Assembly: GCF_963921235.1 (NCBI RefSeq) | Contig: NC_086121.1 | Span: forward strand, 44,144,001 to 44,208,000 | Length of the DNA: 64,000 nt | DNA from: Mobula hypostoma | Lineage: Eukaryota | Direction: 5' to 3' | In this document: one piece after another, positions 12,901 to 26,624 of the stretch | Numbering within the stretch: the stretch's first letter is position 1 | Layout of the letters: every line of letters starts with the position of its first letter | Translations under genes and position numbers: made by a program | Notes under the pieces: model-generated | What the model saw: only the letters and a program-made list of their open reading frames with translations | Databases searched by the model: none | What the model was told of the DNA's origin: nothing

Positions 12901-13394
12901 GTAAGTATTACTATTTTTATTTTAACATTTATTACCATTTTTATTAGTTCTGAATATTTTTCAAATGGTAATTAACTGAATTATTTGTTTTTAGAATATT
13001 TTACTGGATATTGCCATGAGTATTTATCTCCCATTCTAAATAATGAAAACTTTGACTACAATATCAATGCTCTTTAAAATTTCATCCAGTACATTATAAA
13101 ATTATGCTAATCAACTTAAAAGTTACAACTGTAGAGGAACAAAATGGTCTTTGTGAAGGACTTAAGATGAATTTTGAACAGTAACTGGGCTTCAATTCTA
13201 TGGATCTGCCTGGTTCCTGAATTGAAACTGTCCAGTGGGAACAAATGTCACATTCTGAGACCTGAGATGAGCTGATAACTTACAAAGCTGGAATCACGCT
13301 CCACTGCTCATCACTACTCTGAATTCCTCAGAGAATGATGTTCACAGCAGGATTTAGACAATATTGTGGAATGGCAAAGTAACCCTTCTACTAC

Positions 13395-13960
13395 AAAAGG
13401 GTGTAATATTGAGACTTTATAAAGCACTGGTGTGGCTTCATTTGGAGTATTGTAAACAGTTTTGGGTCCCTTATTTTCGAAAGGATGTGCAGAAACAGGA
13501 GAGGGTTCAAAGGAGATTCACGAAAATGATTCCAGAATTGAACGGCTTGTCATATGAGGAGCGTTTGCTGGCTCTGGAGGGGCGCCCAAATGGGGAAAGG
13601 CTTTGATAGAGTGGATGTGGAAAGGATGCATCCTATGTTGGGAGAGTTTAAGGCCAGAGGACATGGCCTCAGAAGAGAGGGGCATCCTTTTAGAACAGAG
13701 ATGAAGAGGAATTTCTTTAGCCAGAGAGTGGTGAATCTGTGGAATTCATTGACACAGCCAGCTGTGGAGGCCTGGTATTTTTGTATATTTAAGGCAGAGG
13801 TTGATAGCTTCTTGATTGGTCAGGGCATGAAGCAATACGGGGAGAAGGTAGGAGAATGGAGGTAAGAGGAAAAATGGATCCGCCATGATGAAATGGCGGA
13901 GCAGACTCGATGGCTCAAATGGGCTAATTCTGCTCCTATATCTTATGGTCTTATGGTCTT
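13395..13960 (+). mobile_element. CR1 3' end
   Basis: LRLYKALVWLHLEYCKQFW, FFSQRVVNLWNSL, (cttatggt)n tail. Confidence 0.85.
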
Positions 13961-14754
13961 AAGAGTGCCAATTAATGACCAGCTGCAAAATAAAAAATGA
14001 AGCCCAGCTAGCTTCATCAGGTGTGGAATGATATTACCAGTGCTAAATTCTTCAACAATATAATCCAGAGCAGCTAATGTAGCAATTGCTTCAGGATCTG
14101 AGTTGAGGATGGGTACTCCTACAGTCATAAGCTGGAGGTCATGCAATGGAATATTCCCTACTTGCGGTTATAGGTGCAGTAAAACTGTTGTAACATGAAC
14201 AAGGTCACTGGAGAGACGCAGATGGTAGATATTAAGTGATCTTTTACTCAGAACACACACAAACACACAAGCTGACAGTGTTTTAGAGTCATGAGTGAGA
14301 CAGACAGAGATGCCCCAACTGAATATTACAGCACATTTTTATATGTTAAGAAGCAAAGGTAAGAGGACAATTTCTATAGTTGCAATGCCCTCATAATGCT
14401 TATTTTGAGTCAATCTGTCATTTTCAAATACCTAGATCTTCCCACCAATACACCCAAATTGAGTATTAATTACTGTGGTCTCTGAATCCTATTCATGTAA
14501 TGGGGTATCAATTGCATTCATGCATATGCAGACATATACCAGTTATGTGGATGTTACTTGGTCTGCAATTTACTGTTCTGAGCTGCATTTTGAATTCAAC
14601 CCACAATCCATATACAAATATGAAAAATGGTTGCTAATAATTGGTTGCTAATAATTTAATATTTACTATATAATCCTACTCCAGAATACATCCTAACACA
14701 ACTATGCTCACAGAGATCAAAACTGTCGATATGTAGTTCAATGTCTTTGCACCA

Positions 14755-15980
14755 AATATAGAACATAGAACTGGACAGACCATTCAGCCCATGATGTTGT
14801 GCTGCTCTTGATGCCCATTTATACTAAATATCCTCTACCTGAGTATCATCCATATTCCTCCATTCCATTCACATTTTTGTGTCTGTTTAAAAGCCTCTTA
14901 AACTCCACCATTGAGAAGGACCCAGCACTGATCCCTGTGACACACCAATAGTCACAGGCGTCCAGTCAGAGAGGCAGCCCTCTACTAGTACTGTCTGGGT
15001 TCTTCCAACAATCCAATTTACTACCTCATCTTGAATACTGAGTGACTGAACCTTCTTAATCCCCTTCCCATCCTGGGCCTTGTGAAAGGCCTTATTAAAG
15101 TCCATGTAGACAACATCCACAGCCTTGCCTTCATCCACTTTCCTGGTAACTTCCTCGAAAAACTCTATAAAATCGGTTAGACATGACCTACCATGCACAA
15201 AGCCATGCTGACTATCCTTAATCAGTACATGTCTATTCAAATACTTATACATCTGGTCCTTAGAATACCTTCCAATAACTTTTCCACAACTGATGTCAAA
15301 CTGACTGACTTATAATTTCCTGGTTTATATTTAAGGCCTTTTTTAAATAGTGAAACAACATTGACTATCCTCCAGTCCTCTGTAATTCTCCTGTCACTAA
15401 GGATGTTTTAAGTATCTCTGCTAGGGCCTGGCAATTTCTGCACTTACTTCCCGTTGGTTCCGAGGGAACACTTTGTCAGTCCCCAGGGATTTATCCACCC
15501 TGATTTGTCTCAGGAAAGCAAGCACCTCCTCCTCCAATGTAATTTGTACACGGCCCATCAAGTTGATACTGCTTTGCCTCACTTCCAAATACTCTGTATC
15601 TGTCTCCTGTGTAAATAGAGATGTAAAGAATGCAGTTAAGATCATGGATTTCCATTCTGGTCTTTGAGAGGACCAATTTTGTCCCCAACAACTTCATGCC
15701 TTCTTTTAGCCCCCCTGATTTCTTTTTTAAGGCTTCTCTTACATTTCTTTTACTCCATAAGCACGTCATTTGTTCCTACTTGCTTATACCTGCTATGTAC
15801 CTGCTTTTTTTCTCATAACCAGGGCCTCAAAATCTCTTGAGAACCAAGCTTCCCTACACTTGTTATCTTTATCTTTTATTCTGACAGGCACATGCAAGCT
15901 TTGTACTATCAAAATTTTGTTTCTGAAGGCCTCCCACATTCCAAGTACACCTTTACCAGAAAACAGCCTGTTCCAATCCA
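14755..15980 (-). mobile_element. CR1 fragments
   Basis: SQHGFVHGRSCLTDFIEFFEEV, VYMDFNKAF, QGSVLGP. Confidence 0.85.
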
Positions 15981-16789
15981 GAAGTGTTTTACAGAATCTC
16001 ACAGCATGGCTGAAAATAGGCAGATAGGATAAAATGCAGAGCAATAGAAAGGCATCCATAGTCTGTGCATGAAGTTCAAAGTTCAAAAGTTCAACTTCAA
16101 AGTTCAAAGTGAATTTATTATCAAAGAGCGTATATGTAAACATACATAACCAACGGATTTGTTTACTTGCTGGCATACTCAGTAAATCTGTGGTCAGGTC
16201 ACTCGTCTGAGTGCTATTGGTACCACGTAACCCAGTACTACCTGTCGCATGGTCGGGTGGTCGGCGACTAAACCGGCTCCCCCACCAGGCTTGCCTGATG
16301 AGGAGGGTGGCTGGACACCCTGCAGGACGAAAAACAAGACCTGTCAAAGGGCGGATGAACACTCTCGTAGGGTCAACGGCCATCTAGCAAACACGTGCCG
16401 TGAAGCACGGAAAGGACATCCCTTGCATCGAAGCTTGGTCTGGCCATTCACTGCAACAGAACTTCCCCCAGCTGTCTTGGACCCCACCATGCCACTGGAT
16501 CCAGGAGGGGATGTCGAGAGGGTGGGTCTGGGCCTGTGCAACCCCCTACTCACCTAAAATCCACTCACGCACACACTGTTCCTTTCTGAGGAGTGGGGTA
16601 CCCCACTAACTCACTGAAAGGAACCATCATCATCCTATGGGATGGATAGCCAGAAGAAGAAGACTCAGTAAATCTAAGAAACCATAATTGAATTAATGAA
16701 AGATTGCATCCAACAAGGCAGACAAACAACTAATGTGTAAAAGACAAAATACAAAAGAGAAAATAATAAGGATAAAGTTCAAAGTAAAA

Positions 16790-17165
16790 TCTTTCTTTCT
16801 TTCTTTTATAATCTTTTTATTGATTTTCAAATGTACAGACATAACAACAGTATTAATGCAGAAAGATTGGGATTACATTGTTAATAATTGACATACACAA
16901 TTAAAAACTACAGATAATACAAGTGTATTCGACCTCCCAAACTCTTAGTATGATTGAACATTGTAGAGAAAAAAAAGAAAAAATATCAAAAAAACCCCAA
17001 AGTAAAAAAAAACTAAACTAAACTGAACCAAAAAAAAGAACTAATCTAAACAAACAAATCAAGGCTAGGCTGAGATGTTACATCGAATACATCATTAATA
17101 TCGTTAACTCCACTCCTCCATCCGTATATCCTAGGTTAATAAAAAAGGATTTGGAAAAGGTCAGT
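16790..17165 (-). mobile_element. L1-like 3' end
   Basis: T-rich tail ttctttcttttataatctttttattg, the reverse complement of the tail type seen at 19817-19845. Confidence 0.55.
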
Positions 17166-20100
17166 AAAATCTATTACCAGAATATACATTCAACCCTGAG
17201 ATTCTTCTTCTGTGGGCAAACTTAGCAAATCTATAGAACAGTAACTGTAAACAGGATCAATAGACAACACACTGTGCAAATACAAATATAAATAAATGGC
17301 AATAAATAAGAAGCATAAAATAACAAGATAAAGATTCCATAAAGTGAGACCATCGGTTGTGGAACACCAGAAACCTTGTGTGTGCAGTTATCCACTTTTG
17401 TTCAAGAGCCTGTTGGTAGACGGGAAGAAACTGTTCTTGAACCTGCTGGTGCGAGTCCTGAGGCACTTGAACCTTCTACCACATGGCAGCAGCAAGCAAA
17501 GAGCACGGCCTGGGTGGTGAAGATCTTTGAAGATGGATGCTGTTTTTCTACAACTATGTTTCATGTAGATGTGCTCAATGGTTGGGAAGGCTTTACCTGT
17601 GATGAACTGAGCCAAATCCACTACCTTCTGTAGGATTTTTCACTGAAAGGCATTGGTGTTCCCAAAGCAGGCTGTAATGCAGCCGGTCAGCATGCTTCCC
17701 ACCACATATCTGTGGAAGTTTGCCAAGGTTTTTGATGACATGCCGAATCTCTGTAGTCTCCTGAGGAAGTGGAGGTGCTGTCATGCTTTTTCTTCAATAA
17801 TATTTATATGATGGTCCAGGACAGGTTCACTGAGATCGTGACACCCAGGAATTTAAAGTTATTGACCCTTTCCACCTCTGATCCTCTGATGATTACTGGC
17901 TGATGGTCTTCTAGTTTCCCTCTCCTGAAGTCGATAATCATTTCCTTGGTCTTACTGACTTTGGGTGAGAGGTTGTTGTTATTACATCATTCAGCCAGAT
18001 TTTCAATTTCCCTTCTGAATGCTGATTCATCACCCCTTTGATACAGCCCACAACAGTAGTATCATCAGCCAACTTGAATATGGTGTTGGAGCTGTACATA
18101 GCCACACAGTCATAAGTGTAAAGCAAGTAGAGCAGTGGGCTAAACACAATCTCTGTAGTGCTGCTGTGCTGATGGAGATTGCGGAGGAAATATTTTTGCC
18201 AGAGCGAACTGACTGCAAGTGAGGACATCCAGGATCCAATTGCCTAAGGAAGTACTGAGGCCCAGGTCCTGGAATTTACTGATTAGTTTTGAGGGGATCA
18301 TGGTATTAAATGCTGAGCTATAATCAATAAAAAGCATCCTGATGTTTGCATTTTTGCTGTCCAGATGTTCCAGGGTTGTATGAGTAGCCAATAAGATGGC
18401 ACCTGTTGCCATGGTAGGCAAATTGGAACAGATCCAAGTTGCCACTCTTACAGGAGGTGATATGTTTCAACACCAGCCTCTCAAAGCACTTCATAATTGT
18501 GGATGTACTTCATCATTTTGATCTTAACCAATTTGGGCTAGCGATTCCTATTTTAGGTAACATATTTTTCCTCCCTCTTTTACGGATCGTGCTTTTCAAA
18601 TTTGGAAGACTAAGGGTATTTCACGGTTTTTGGATTTATTTTTAGATGGTTTCCTTATGTCTTTTGAACAATTATCTAATAAATATAATTTATCAAGAAT
18701 ACATTTTTTTAGATATCTACAAGTTAGAAATTTCCTAAGTACTATACTTTCTTCTTTTCCAATGCTTCCTCCTACATACATTTTAGATACTATAATTAAC
18801 CTTAATCCATGTCAGAAAGGTGCATCGGCTATGATTTATAATATTATTATGAAACTTAGGAAAGCTCCATTTGATAAGATTAGGGTAGATTGGGAACAGG
18901 AATTGGGGTCTATCATTTCCGTGGATGACTGGGGGCAGATTTTACGATTAGTCAATACTTCCTCTATCTGTGCTAAACATTCCCTAATTCAATTTAAAGT
19001 TGTTCATAGAGCACATATGTCCAAAGATAAATTAGCTCGCTTTTATTCTCATATTAATCCTTTTTGTGATAGATGTCCGGGGCAGATAGCCTCTTTAACT
19101 CATATGTTTTGGTCTTGTCCTACTCTGGAAACTTTTTGGAGAGACATTTTTAATATTATCTCCAAGGTATTGAATATAGATATCTCTCCTCACCCTATTA
19201 CTGCTATCTTTGGACTACCTAAAATTTCCAGTAATCTTTCTCCTTCAGCCCGTAGAATGATTGCATTTCTTACTTTAATGGCGAAAAGATGTATCTTACA
19301 ACGTTGGAAAGAGCTTAATGCTCCAACCACCTTTTTTTGGTTTTCTCAGACGATATTATGCTTGAATTTGGAGAAAATTAGAAGCAATCTTTATGATTCC
19401 TCACTTAAATTTGAACAGACCTGGAGATCTTTTATTCAATATTTTCATTTAATGTAATTTTTTTTCTCCTTTTTTTTGCTCCATATTAATATACCCTTCT
19501 TGTTTTTTTTTACTGTTTTTAATGGAGGTCGGGATTGAGGACGTGATTTTAAGTTTTTTAACTCTGCTTGGTTCCAAGTTAGCCCATTGCTTTGCTTTGC
19601 TTTTAGTTAGTTGCACGGTGGTTTTTTGGGTTTTTTTTTTCCTTTTCTCTATTGATATATATATATAAAAATTAGTATACTATTATGTTACCTTAGTATG
19701 TTATGTTTAAATTACATTGTTTGTATCATTTTTTTTGTATTAATATCTCCTGTAATTTTATTATATTCTAACAGTGTATTAGTGCCTATATGGCTTACCT
19801 TTTTGTATACTTATTCAATAAAAAGATTTAAAAAGAAAGAAAAGAGACAGGTCACCACACATTTCTTGGGCACCAGTACGATTGAAGCCTGCTTGAACCA
19901 GGTGGGTACCACACACTGCAGGAGTGAGAGGTTGAAGATATCCGTGAATATACCAGCCAGTTAGTCAGCACAGGCCTTCTGTACTTGGCCAGGTACTCAA
20001 TCTGGACCGGATGCTTTCCTTGGATTCAATCTCTTGAAGGTAGCTAACACATCATCTTTAGATACAATGGATCATTGGGAGACGTGGGGATAAGTGATGG

Positions 20101-20760
20101 TTTCTCCCTGTTCTGGTCGTCAAACTGAGCCTAGAAGGCATTGAGCTCATCTGGAGCAAAGCTCAACTTTCCCCTATTTTGTAAGATTTAACTTTTTAGG
20201 AGGTTATGGCATCCCTCACTGATCCCAGTCTATTCTGGAATCTCCACTTCATCTGTGAGAAGGCTTTCCAGAGATCAGAACTGAACCTCTTGTAGCATTC
20301 TTGATCTCCAGACTTGAATGCCTCTGATCTGGCTCTCAGCAAATTCCAGATTTCGTTGTTCATCCAAAGCATCTGACTGGGGAGAATCCTGAACGATTTC
20401 ATAGGGACACACTCATCCACAGTTGTTTTAATAAAGTCTGTTACGGCCCTGATGTAGTCATTCAGGTCCTCAGGTGAGTTCTTGAAAACGGCCCAGTCCA
20501 CTGACTCAAGGTAATCTTTTAACCATTCCTCTGCCTCCTGTGACCATCTCTTAGTTGCCTTAATCTCTGGATCCTTGCTTTTTAGGCTCTGTCTGTATGC
20601 AGCTAGTAGGAGTACAGCCAAATGATCCAACTTGCCAAAATGTGATCTCAGAAAGGAACAATATCCTTATCGTTATGTAGCAGTGGTCCAGTGTGTTGGG
20701 ACCTCTGGTGCAACAGGTTATGTACTGGTGATAACTGGACAGTGCTTTCTTCAGACAAAC
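17165..20760 (-). mobile_element. Rex1/Babar-type element (endonuclease + RT fragments) interrupted by an L1
   Basis: [45 protein letters not shown]. Confidence 0.85.
18507..19845 (+). mobile_element. L1-clade LINE 3' end, relatively young (275-aa open stretch of ORF2 C-terminus)
   Basis: FFRYLQVRNF, LIQFKVVHR, CDRC...LTHMFWSC zinc knuckle; AATAAA plus A-rich tail. Confidence 0.85.
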
Positions 20761-20999
20761 AAATAAATAAATACACAAACAATAAATATTGAGAACATGA
20801 GATGGGTCCTTGAAAGTCACTCCATAGGTTGTGGAAAAAGTTCAGTGACGGGGCAAGTGAAGTTGATTGATATTATCCCCACTGGTTCTAGAGCTTGATG
20901 GTTGAAGGGTGTTAGCTATTCTTGAAGCTGGTGGTGTAAGTCTTGAGGCTCTTGATGGCAAAAGTGAGAAGAGAGCATGACTTGGGTGGTTGGGGTCAT

Positions 21000-22125
21000 T
21001 TACTTGAATTTTCAGAAGACATTTGATAATGTGCCACATATGAGGCTGCCTAATAAGATAAAATCCTATAGCATTCCAGGAAACATACTGGCATGGGTAG
21101 AGGAATGGCTGACAAGTAGGAGACAGTGAGTTGGAATAAAGGAGGCCTTGTCTGGTTGACTGCCAGTGGTGTTCTTCAGGGGTCAATATTGCGACCACTA
21201 CTTTTCATAATATTTACCAATGATTTAGATAATGGAATTGATGACGTTGTGGCAAAACTTGTGGATGATATGAAGATAGGTGGAGGGGTAGGTAGTGCTG
21301 AAGATTGCAGCAGCACTTAGACAAATTGGAAGAATGGGCAAAAAAGTGGCAGAAGGAATCCAGCGGTGGGATATGTATGATAATGCATTTTGGCAAAATG
21401 AACAATAGTGCAGACTATTATCCAAATGGGGAGAAAATTCAAATATCAGAGGTACAAAGGAACTTAGGAGTCCTCGTGCAAGACCCCCGGAAGTTTAATT
21501 TACAGGTTGAGCCATAGTAAAGGAGGCAAATGCAATATTGCCATTTATCTCCAGGGAATAGAATATAAAAACAAGGAGATAATGCTGCACTTGGAGTATT
21601 GTCAATAGTTTTAGGCCCCATATGTCAGAAAGAATGTGTTGTCATTGTAGAGAGTTCAAAGGAGGTTAATGAGGATGATTCCAGGTCTGAAGGGGTTAAC
21701 ATATAAGGAACATTTGGCAGCTTTGGGCCTGTGCTCACTAGAATTTAGAATAATGCAGGGAGATTTCATTGAAAGGTTGATGTAGAGAGGATGTTTCCTA
21801 TGGTGTGGGTATCCAGAACTAGAGGGCACAGCCTCAAAATTGAGGGGAGACCTTTTAGAACAGAAGTAAGGAGAAATTTTTTTTAGCCGGAGAGTAGTAA
21901 ATCTGTGGAATGCTCTGCCACAGATTGTGGTAAGGCCAAGCCTGTGGGTATATTTAAGGTGGAAATTGATAGTTTCCTGATTGGTCAGGGCATCAAAGAT
22001 TATGGTGAAAGGTGGGTGATTGGAGTTGAGTGGGATCTGGAATCAGCCATGATGGTTTGGTGAAGCAGACTCAATGGGCTGAATGGCCTAATTCTGCTCC
22101 TATGTCTTATTGTCTTATGGTCTTA
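21000..22125 (+). mobile_element. CR1 RT/3' fragment
   Basis: SGVLQGSILRPLLF...NDLD...VDDMKIGG; CR1 tail. Confidence 0.85.
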
Positions 22126-22420
22126 TTCATAATTTTATGTTGGGCCCAGCACAAGTCCTCTGAAATGATAACACGGAGGAATTTAAAGTTCCAGATGGCC
22201 TTCACCTTTGATACCCCAACGAGTACTGGACAATGGACTTCAGGTTTCCTCCTCTTCAAGAAAAGCAGGGTGTTCGTTGAGAAATGAATAATTGGGAAAT
22301 GCTGATGTTATTACCCCTAAACTCTCAACCATCAAACTCTTGAACTAAAAGGGAAAACTTTACACAACCTCACTTCCCCATCACTGACCTGTTCCCACAG
22401 CACATGGACACACTTTCAAG

Positions 22421-25100
22421 GACTCAGAGGCTCCATCTTCCTCTCACCCCAACCCTCCCCTCTCCACTGACACCACCAGCCTCCCTTCCCCTCCCCGCTC
22501 TGATCCCACTTCTCATCCTTGCCTGGTCTTTACCATCCCCTCTGACATTCAACTGTCTGAGGCAGAACGCTCTGTCCTCAGTAAGGGCCTCACCTTTGTA
22601 CCCCTTCGCTCACACCTCAGCAAGTTCTGCGTTCTCCATGACGCTGAACTCTTCTTCCGCCGGCTCCGTCTTCGAGCCTACTTCTTTGGCAAGGACTCTC
22701 CCAACCCCACCGATGACCCTTTCTCCCCTCTTCAACCCTCTTCCTCTTCATGGACACCCTGCTCTGGTCTTCTGCCTGCTCTGGATCTCTTTATCGCTAA
22801 CTGCCAACGAGACATCAACCGTCTGAACTCACCGCACCTTGTTCCCATTCCAACCTGACTCCTTCCGAACGCTCTGCTCTCCACTCCCTCCACTCTAATC
22901 CTAACCTTACCATAAAACCCGCCAATAAGAGGGGTGCTGTTGTAGTCTGGCGCACTGACTTCTACCTTGCCGAGGCACAGTGACAACTCGCGGATACCTC
23001 CTCTTATTTACCCCTCGATCATGACCCCACTAATGAGCACCAGGCCATTGTCTCCCACACCATCAACGATTTTATCCACTCAAGGGATCTCCCATCCACT
23101 GCTACCAACCTTATAGTTCCCACACCCAACATTTCCCGTTTCTACCTCCTACCCAAGATCCACAAACCTGCCTGTCCAGGTAGACCCATTGTCTCAGCTT
23201 GCTCCTGCCCCACTGAACACATTTCTGCATACCTCGACACTGTTTTATCCCCCCTCGTGCAATCCCTTCCTACCTATGTTCATGACACTTCTCACGCTCT
23301 GAAACTTTTCGCTGATTTTAAATTCCCTGGCCCCCACCGCTTTATTTTCACCATGGATGTCCAGTCCCAAAATACTTGCATCCCCCATCAGGAAGGTCTC
23401 AAAGCTCTCCGCTTCTTTTTGGATTCCAGACCTAACCAGTTCCCCTCTACCACCACTCTGCTCCGTCTAGCAGAATTAGTCCTTACTCTTAATAATTTCT
23501 CCTTTTGCTCCTCCCACTTCCTCCAAACTAAAGGTGTAGCCATGGGCACCCATATGGGTCCTAGCTATGCCTGGCTTTTTGTTGGCTTTGTGGAACAATC
23601 TATGTTCCGTGCCTATTCTGGTATCTGTCCCCACTTTTCCTTCGCTACATCGACAACTGCATTGGCGCTGCTTCCTGCATGCATGCTGAGCTCGTTGACT
23701 TCATTAACTTTGCCTCCAACTTTCACCCTGCCCTCAAGTTTACCTGGTCCACTTCCGACACCTCCCTCCCCTTTCTAGATCTCTCTCTCTCTCTCTAGAG
23801 AGAGCTTATCTACTGATGTCTACTATAAGCCTACTGACTCTCAGAGCTATCTGGACTATTCCTCTTCTCACCCCGTCTCTTGCAAAAATGCCATCCCCTT
23901 CTCGCAATTCCTCCATCTCCACCGCATCTGCTCTCAGGATGAGGCTTTTCATTCCAGGTTAAAGGAGATGTCCTCCTTTTTTAAAGGAAGGGGCTTCCCT
24001 TCCTCCACCATCAACTCTGCTCTCAAACGCATCTCCCCCATTTCACGCACATCTGCTCTCACTCCATCCTCCCACCACCCCAGTAGGAATAGGGTTCCCC
24101 TTGTCCTCATCTACCACCCCGCCAGCCTCCAGGTCCAACATATTATTCTCCATAACTTCCGCCACCTCCAACGGGATCCCACCACTAAGCACATCTTTCC
24201 CTCCTCCCCACCCCCGCTTTCCGCAGGGATCGCTCCCGACACGAGTCCCTTGTCCATTCGTTCCCCCCCTCATCCTTCCCCACCGATCTCCCTCCTGGCA
24301 CTTATTCTCGTAAGTGGAACAAGTACTACACATGCCCTTACTTACACTTCCTCCCTCACTACCATTCAGGGCCCCAGACAGTCCTTCCAGGTGAGGCGAC
24401 ACTTCATCTGTGAGTCGGCTGGGGTGATATACTGCGTCCGGTGCTCCTGATGCGGCCTTCTATATATTGGCGAGACCCGACGCAGACTGGGAGATCATTT
24501 CGCTGAACACCTATGCTCTGTCCACCAGAGAAAGCAGGATCTCCCAGTGGCCACACATTTTAATTCCACGTCCCATTTCCATTCTGATATGTCTATCCAC
24601 GGCCTCCTCTACTGTCAAGATGAAACCACACTCAGGTTGGAGGAACAACACCTTATATTCCGTCTGGGTGGCCTCCAACTTGATGGCATGAACATTGACT
24701 TCTCAAACTTCCGCTAATGCCCCACCTCCCCCTCGTACCCCATCCGTTATTTATATACACACATTATTTCTCTCACTCTCCTTTTCCTCCCTCTGTCCCT
24801 CTCACTATACCCCTTGCCCATCCTCTGGTTTTTTCCCCCCCCGCCCCTTTCTTTTTTTCTAGGCCTCCTGTCCCATGATCCTCTCATATCCCCTTTGCCA
24901 ATCACCTGTCCAGCTCTTGGCTCCATCCCTCCCCCTCCTGTCTTCTCCTATCATTTTGGATCTCCCTCTCCCACTTTCAAATCTCTTATTAGCTCTTCTT
25001 TCAGTTAGTCCTGACGAAGGGTCTTGGCGCGAAACGTCGACTGTACCTCTTCCTATTGATGCTGCCTGGCCTGCTGCGTTTACCAGCAACTTTTATGGGT
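22421..25100 (+). mobile_element. Penelope-like retroelement with nearly complete RT + GIY-YIG and pLTR (frameshifted)
   Basis: PKIHKP...GRPIVS, FTMDVQS, LQTKGVAMGTHMGPSYA, VIYCVRCS..LYIGETRRRL. Confidence 0.92.
25008..25041 (+). ncRNA. Minimal type I hammerhead ribozyme motif
   Basis: GTC-CTGACGA-AGGGTCTTGGCGC-GAAAC-GTC-GAC (stem II weakened). Confidence 0.65.
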
Positions 25101-26624
25101 GTTTCAAGGACCCTTCATCTCATGTTCTCAATATTTATTGCTTATCAAATTTATTTTTATCGTTTGTATTTGCACAGTTTGTTCTCTTTTGCACACTGGT
25201 TGTCCACCGTGTTGGATGCAGCCTTTCATTCATTTTATTATCGTTATTAGATTTATTGAGTATGCCTGCAGGAAAACAAATCTCAGGGTTGTAAATGGGA
25301 ATATGTATGTATTTGTTTTGATAATTTTACTTTGATCTTTGATATTCATAGGGTCCTTGATATTCTTGGACATAATGCAAAGAATGCTAATGTGTTTTAC
25401 AAGTGGACTCAGATAAAGATGTCTTTCTGTACTTATGGGAAGCTAGAGACCCTTAGAAAATTTACTGCTCGGAATTCACAGTCCCTGATGACTCCCTTTC
25501 AGAAGTTATGTTGTTAGTTGACTGATAAGTGAAGGGTAGTAAGGGAAATGAGCCTGGCTTGGTAATTGGAGTTTTAGTTTTGCAAACAGTGATCACAACT
25601 CCTCCAGATTTAGGATAGTTATGGATAACAATAGGAATCAAGGGAAGAGTGGACCTTGTGATTGAAATGGAAAAGGTGAACTACAACAGCATGAGGAAGC
25701 AGCTGTGGATAGTCGATTTCGAGTAGCTGTTATTGGTTTAGTTCATATATGAAATGTTAGAGTCCTTTGAAGGACAACTGGTCAGAAGCCAGGACCAAAA
25801 TGTTCTTGTGAGGAACACAGATCCGAATGGCAAATTTTAGGATCCTTAGATAGAAGGACTTGATGTAAATTTTGTCTGTTTGTAATGTTTAGGCGGCTGA
25901 AATCTGGTTGGGCTCCAATGGAATATAAAGGATGCAGGAGAGTACATCAACAGGGTATCAGGAGTTCTAAAAATGCCATAAAATATCCTTAGAGAGAAGA
26001 ACTAAGGAAAATCCTGAGGCATTTAATGCAATCTTTATAAAAAAGAGGATGGTTATACCTCTGAAGAACAAAGGAGGGAAATCATACCTGGAGCCAGATC
26101 AGGCGGGTGAGGAACTATATAATTTAGCGCTTTGGCTCAATATTCACCAAGAAGAGAGCATACACTATATTGAGCTCATGGATGGACAGGTATGGTGATG
26201 TTTAAAGCATGAGGCTAATTGGAATGAGAGCAATATTATCAATCTTTTTGGTATCTTCTCTTTCAATTATGATCATAATCACATGAACTGTAACCATCAA
26301 AACAACGTCTTTCAAGAGAAAAGACTTTCTTTACCACCAACTCCACTTTGACAATTTTGATGCCAAATTTATATTCACAACTTGTTACCAACTTGCTTTG
26401 CATGTGATGATGGGAGGTTTGTAGAATGCATTCCACATCAGTTGAAGTCAAGGAAGCATAAATTATACTTGGCACAAATAGTGAATTGTTTAAGACCTAT
26501 TTAAATATTGAGGCAGAATCAGAATCAGCTTTAATATCACTGGCATATGTTGTGAACTTTGTGAACTTTGTGGCAGCAGTACAATACAATACATAATAAC
26601 AGAGAAAAATATGAATTACAGTAA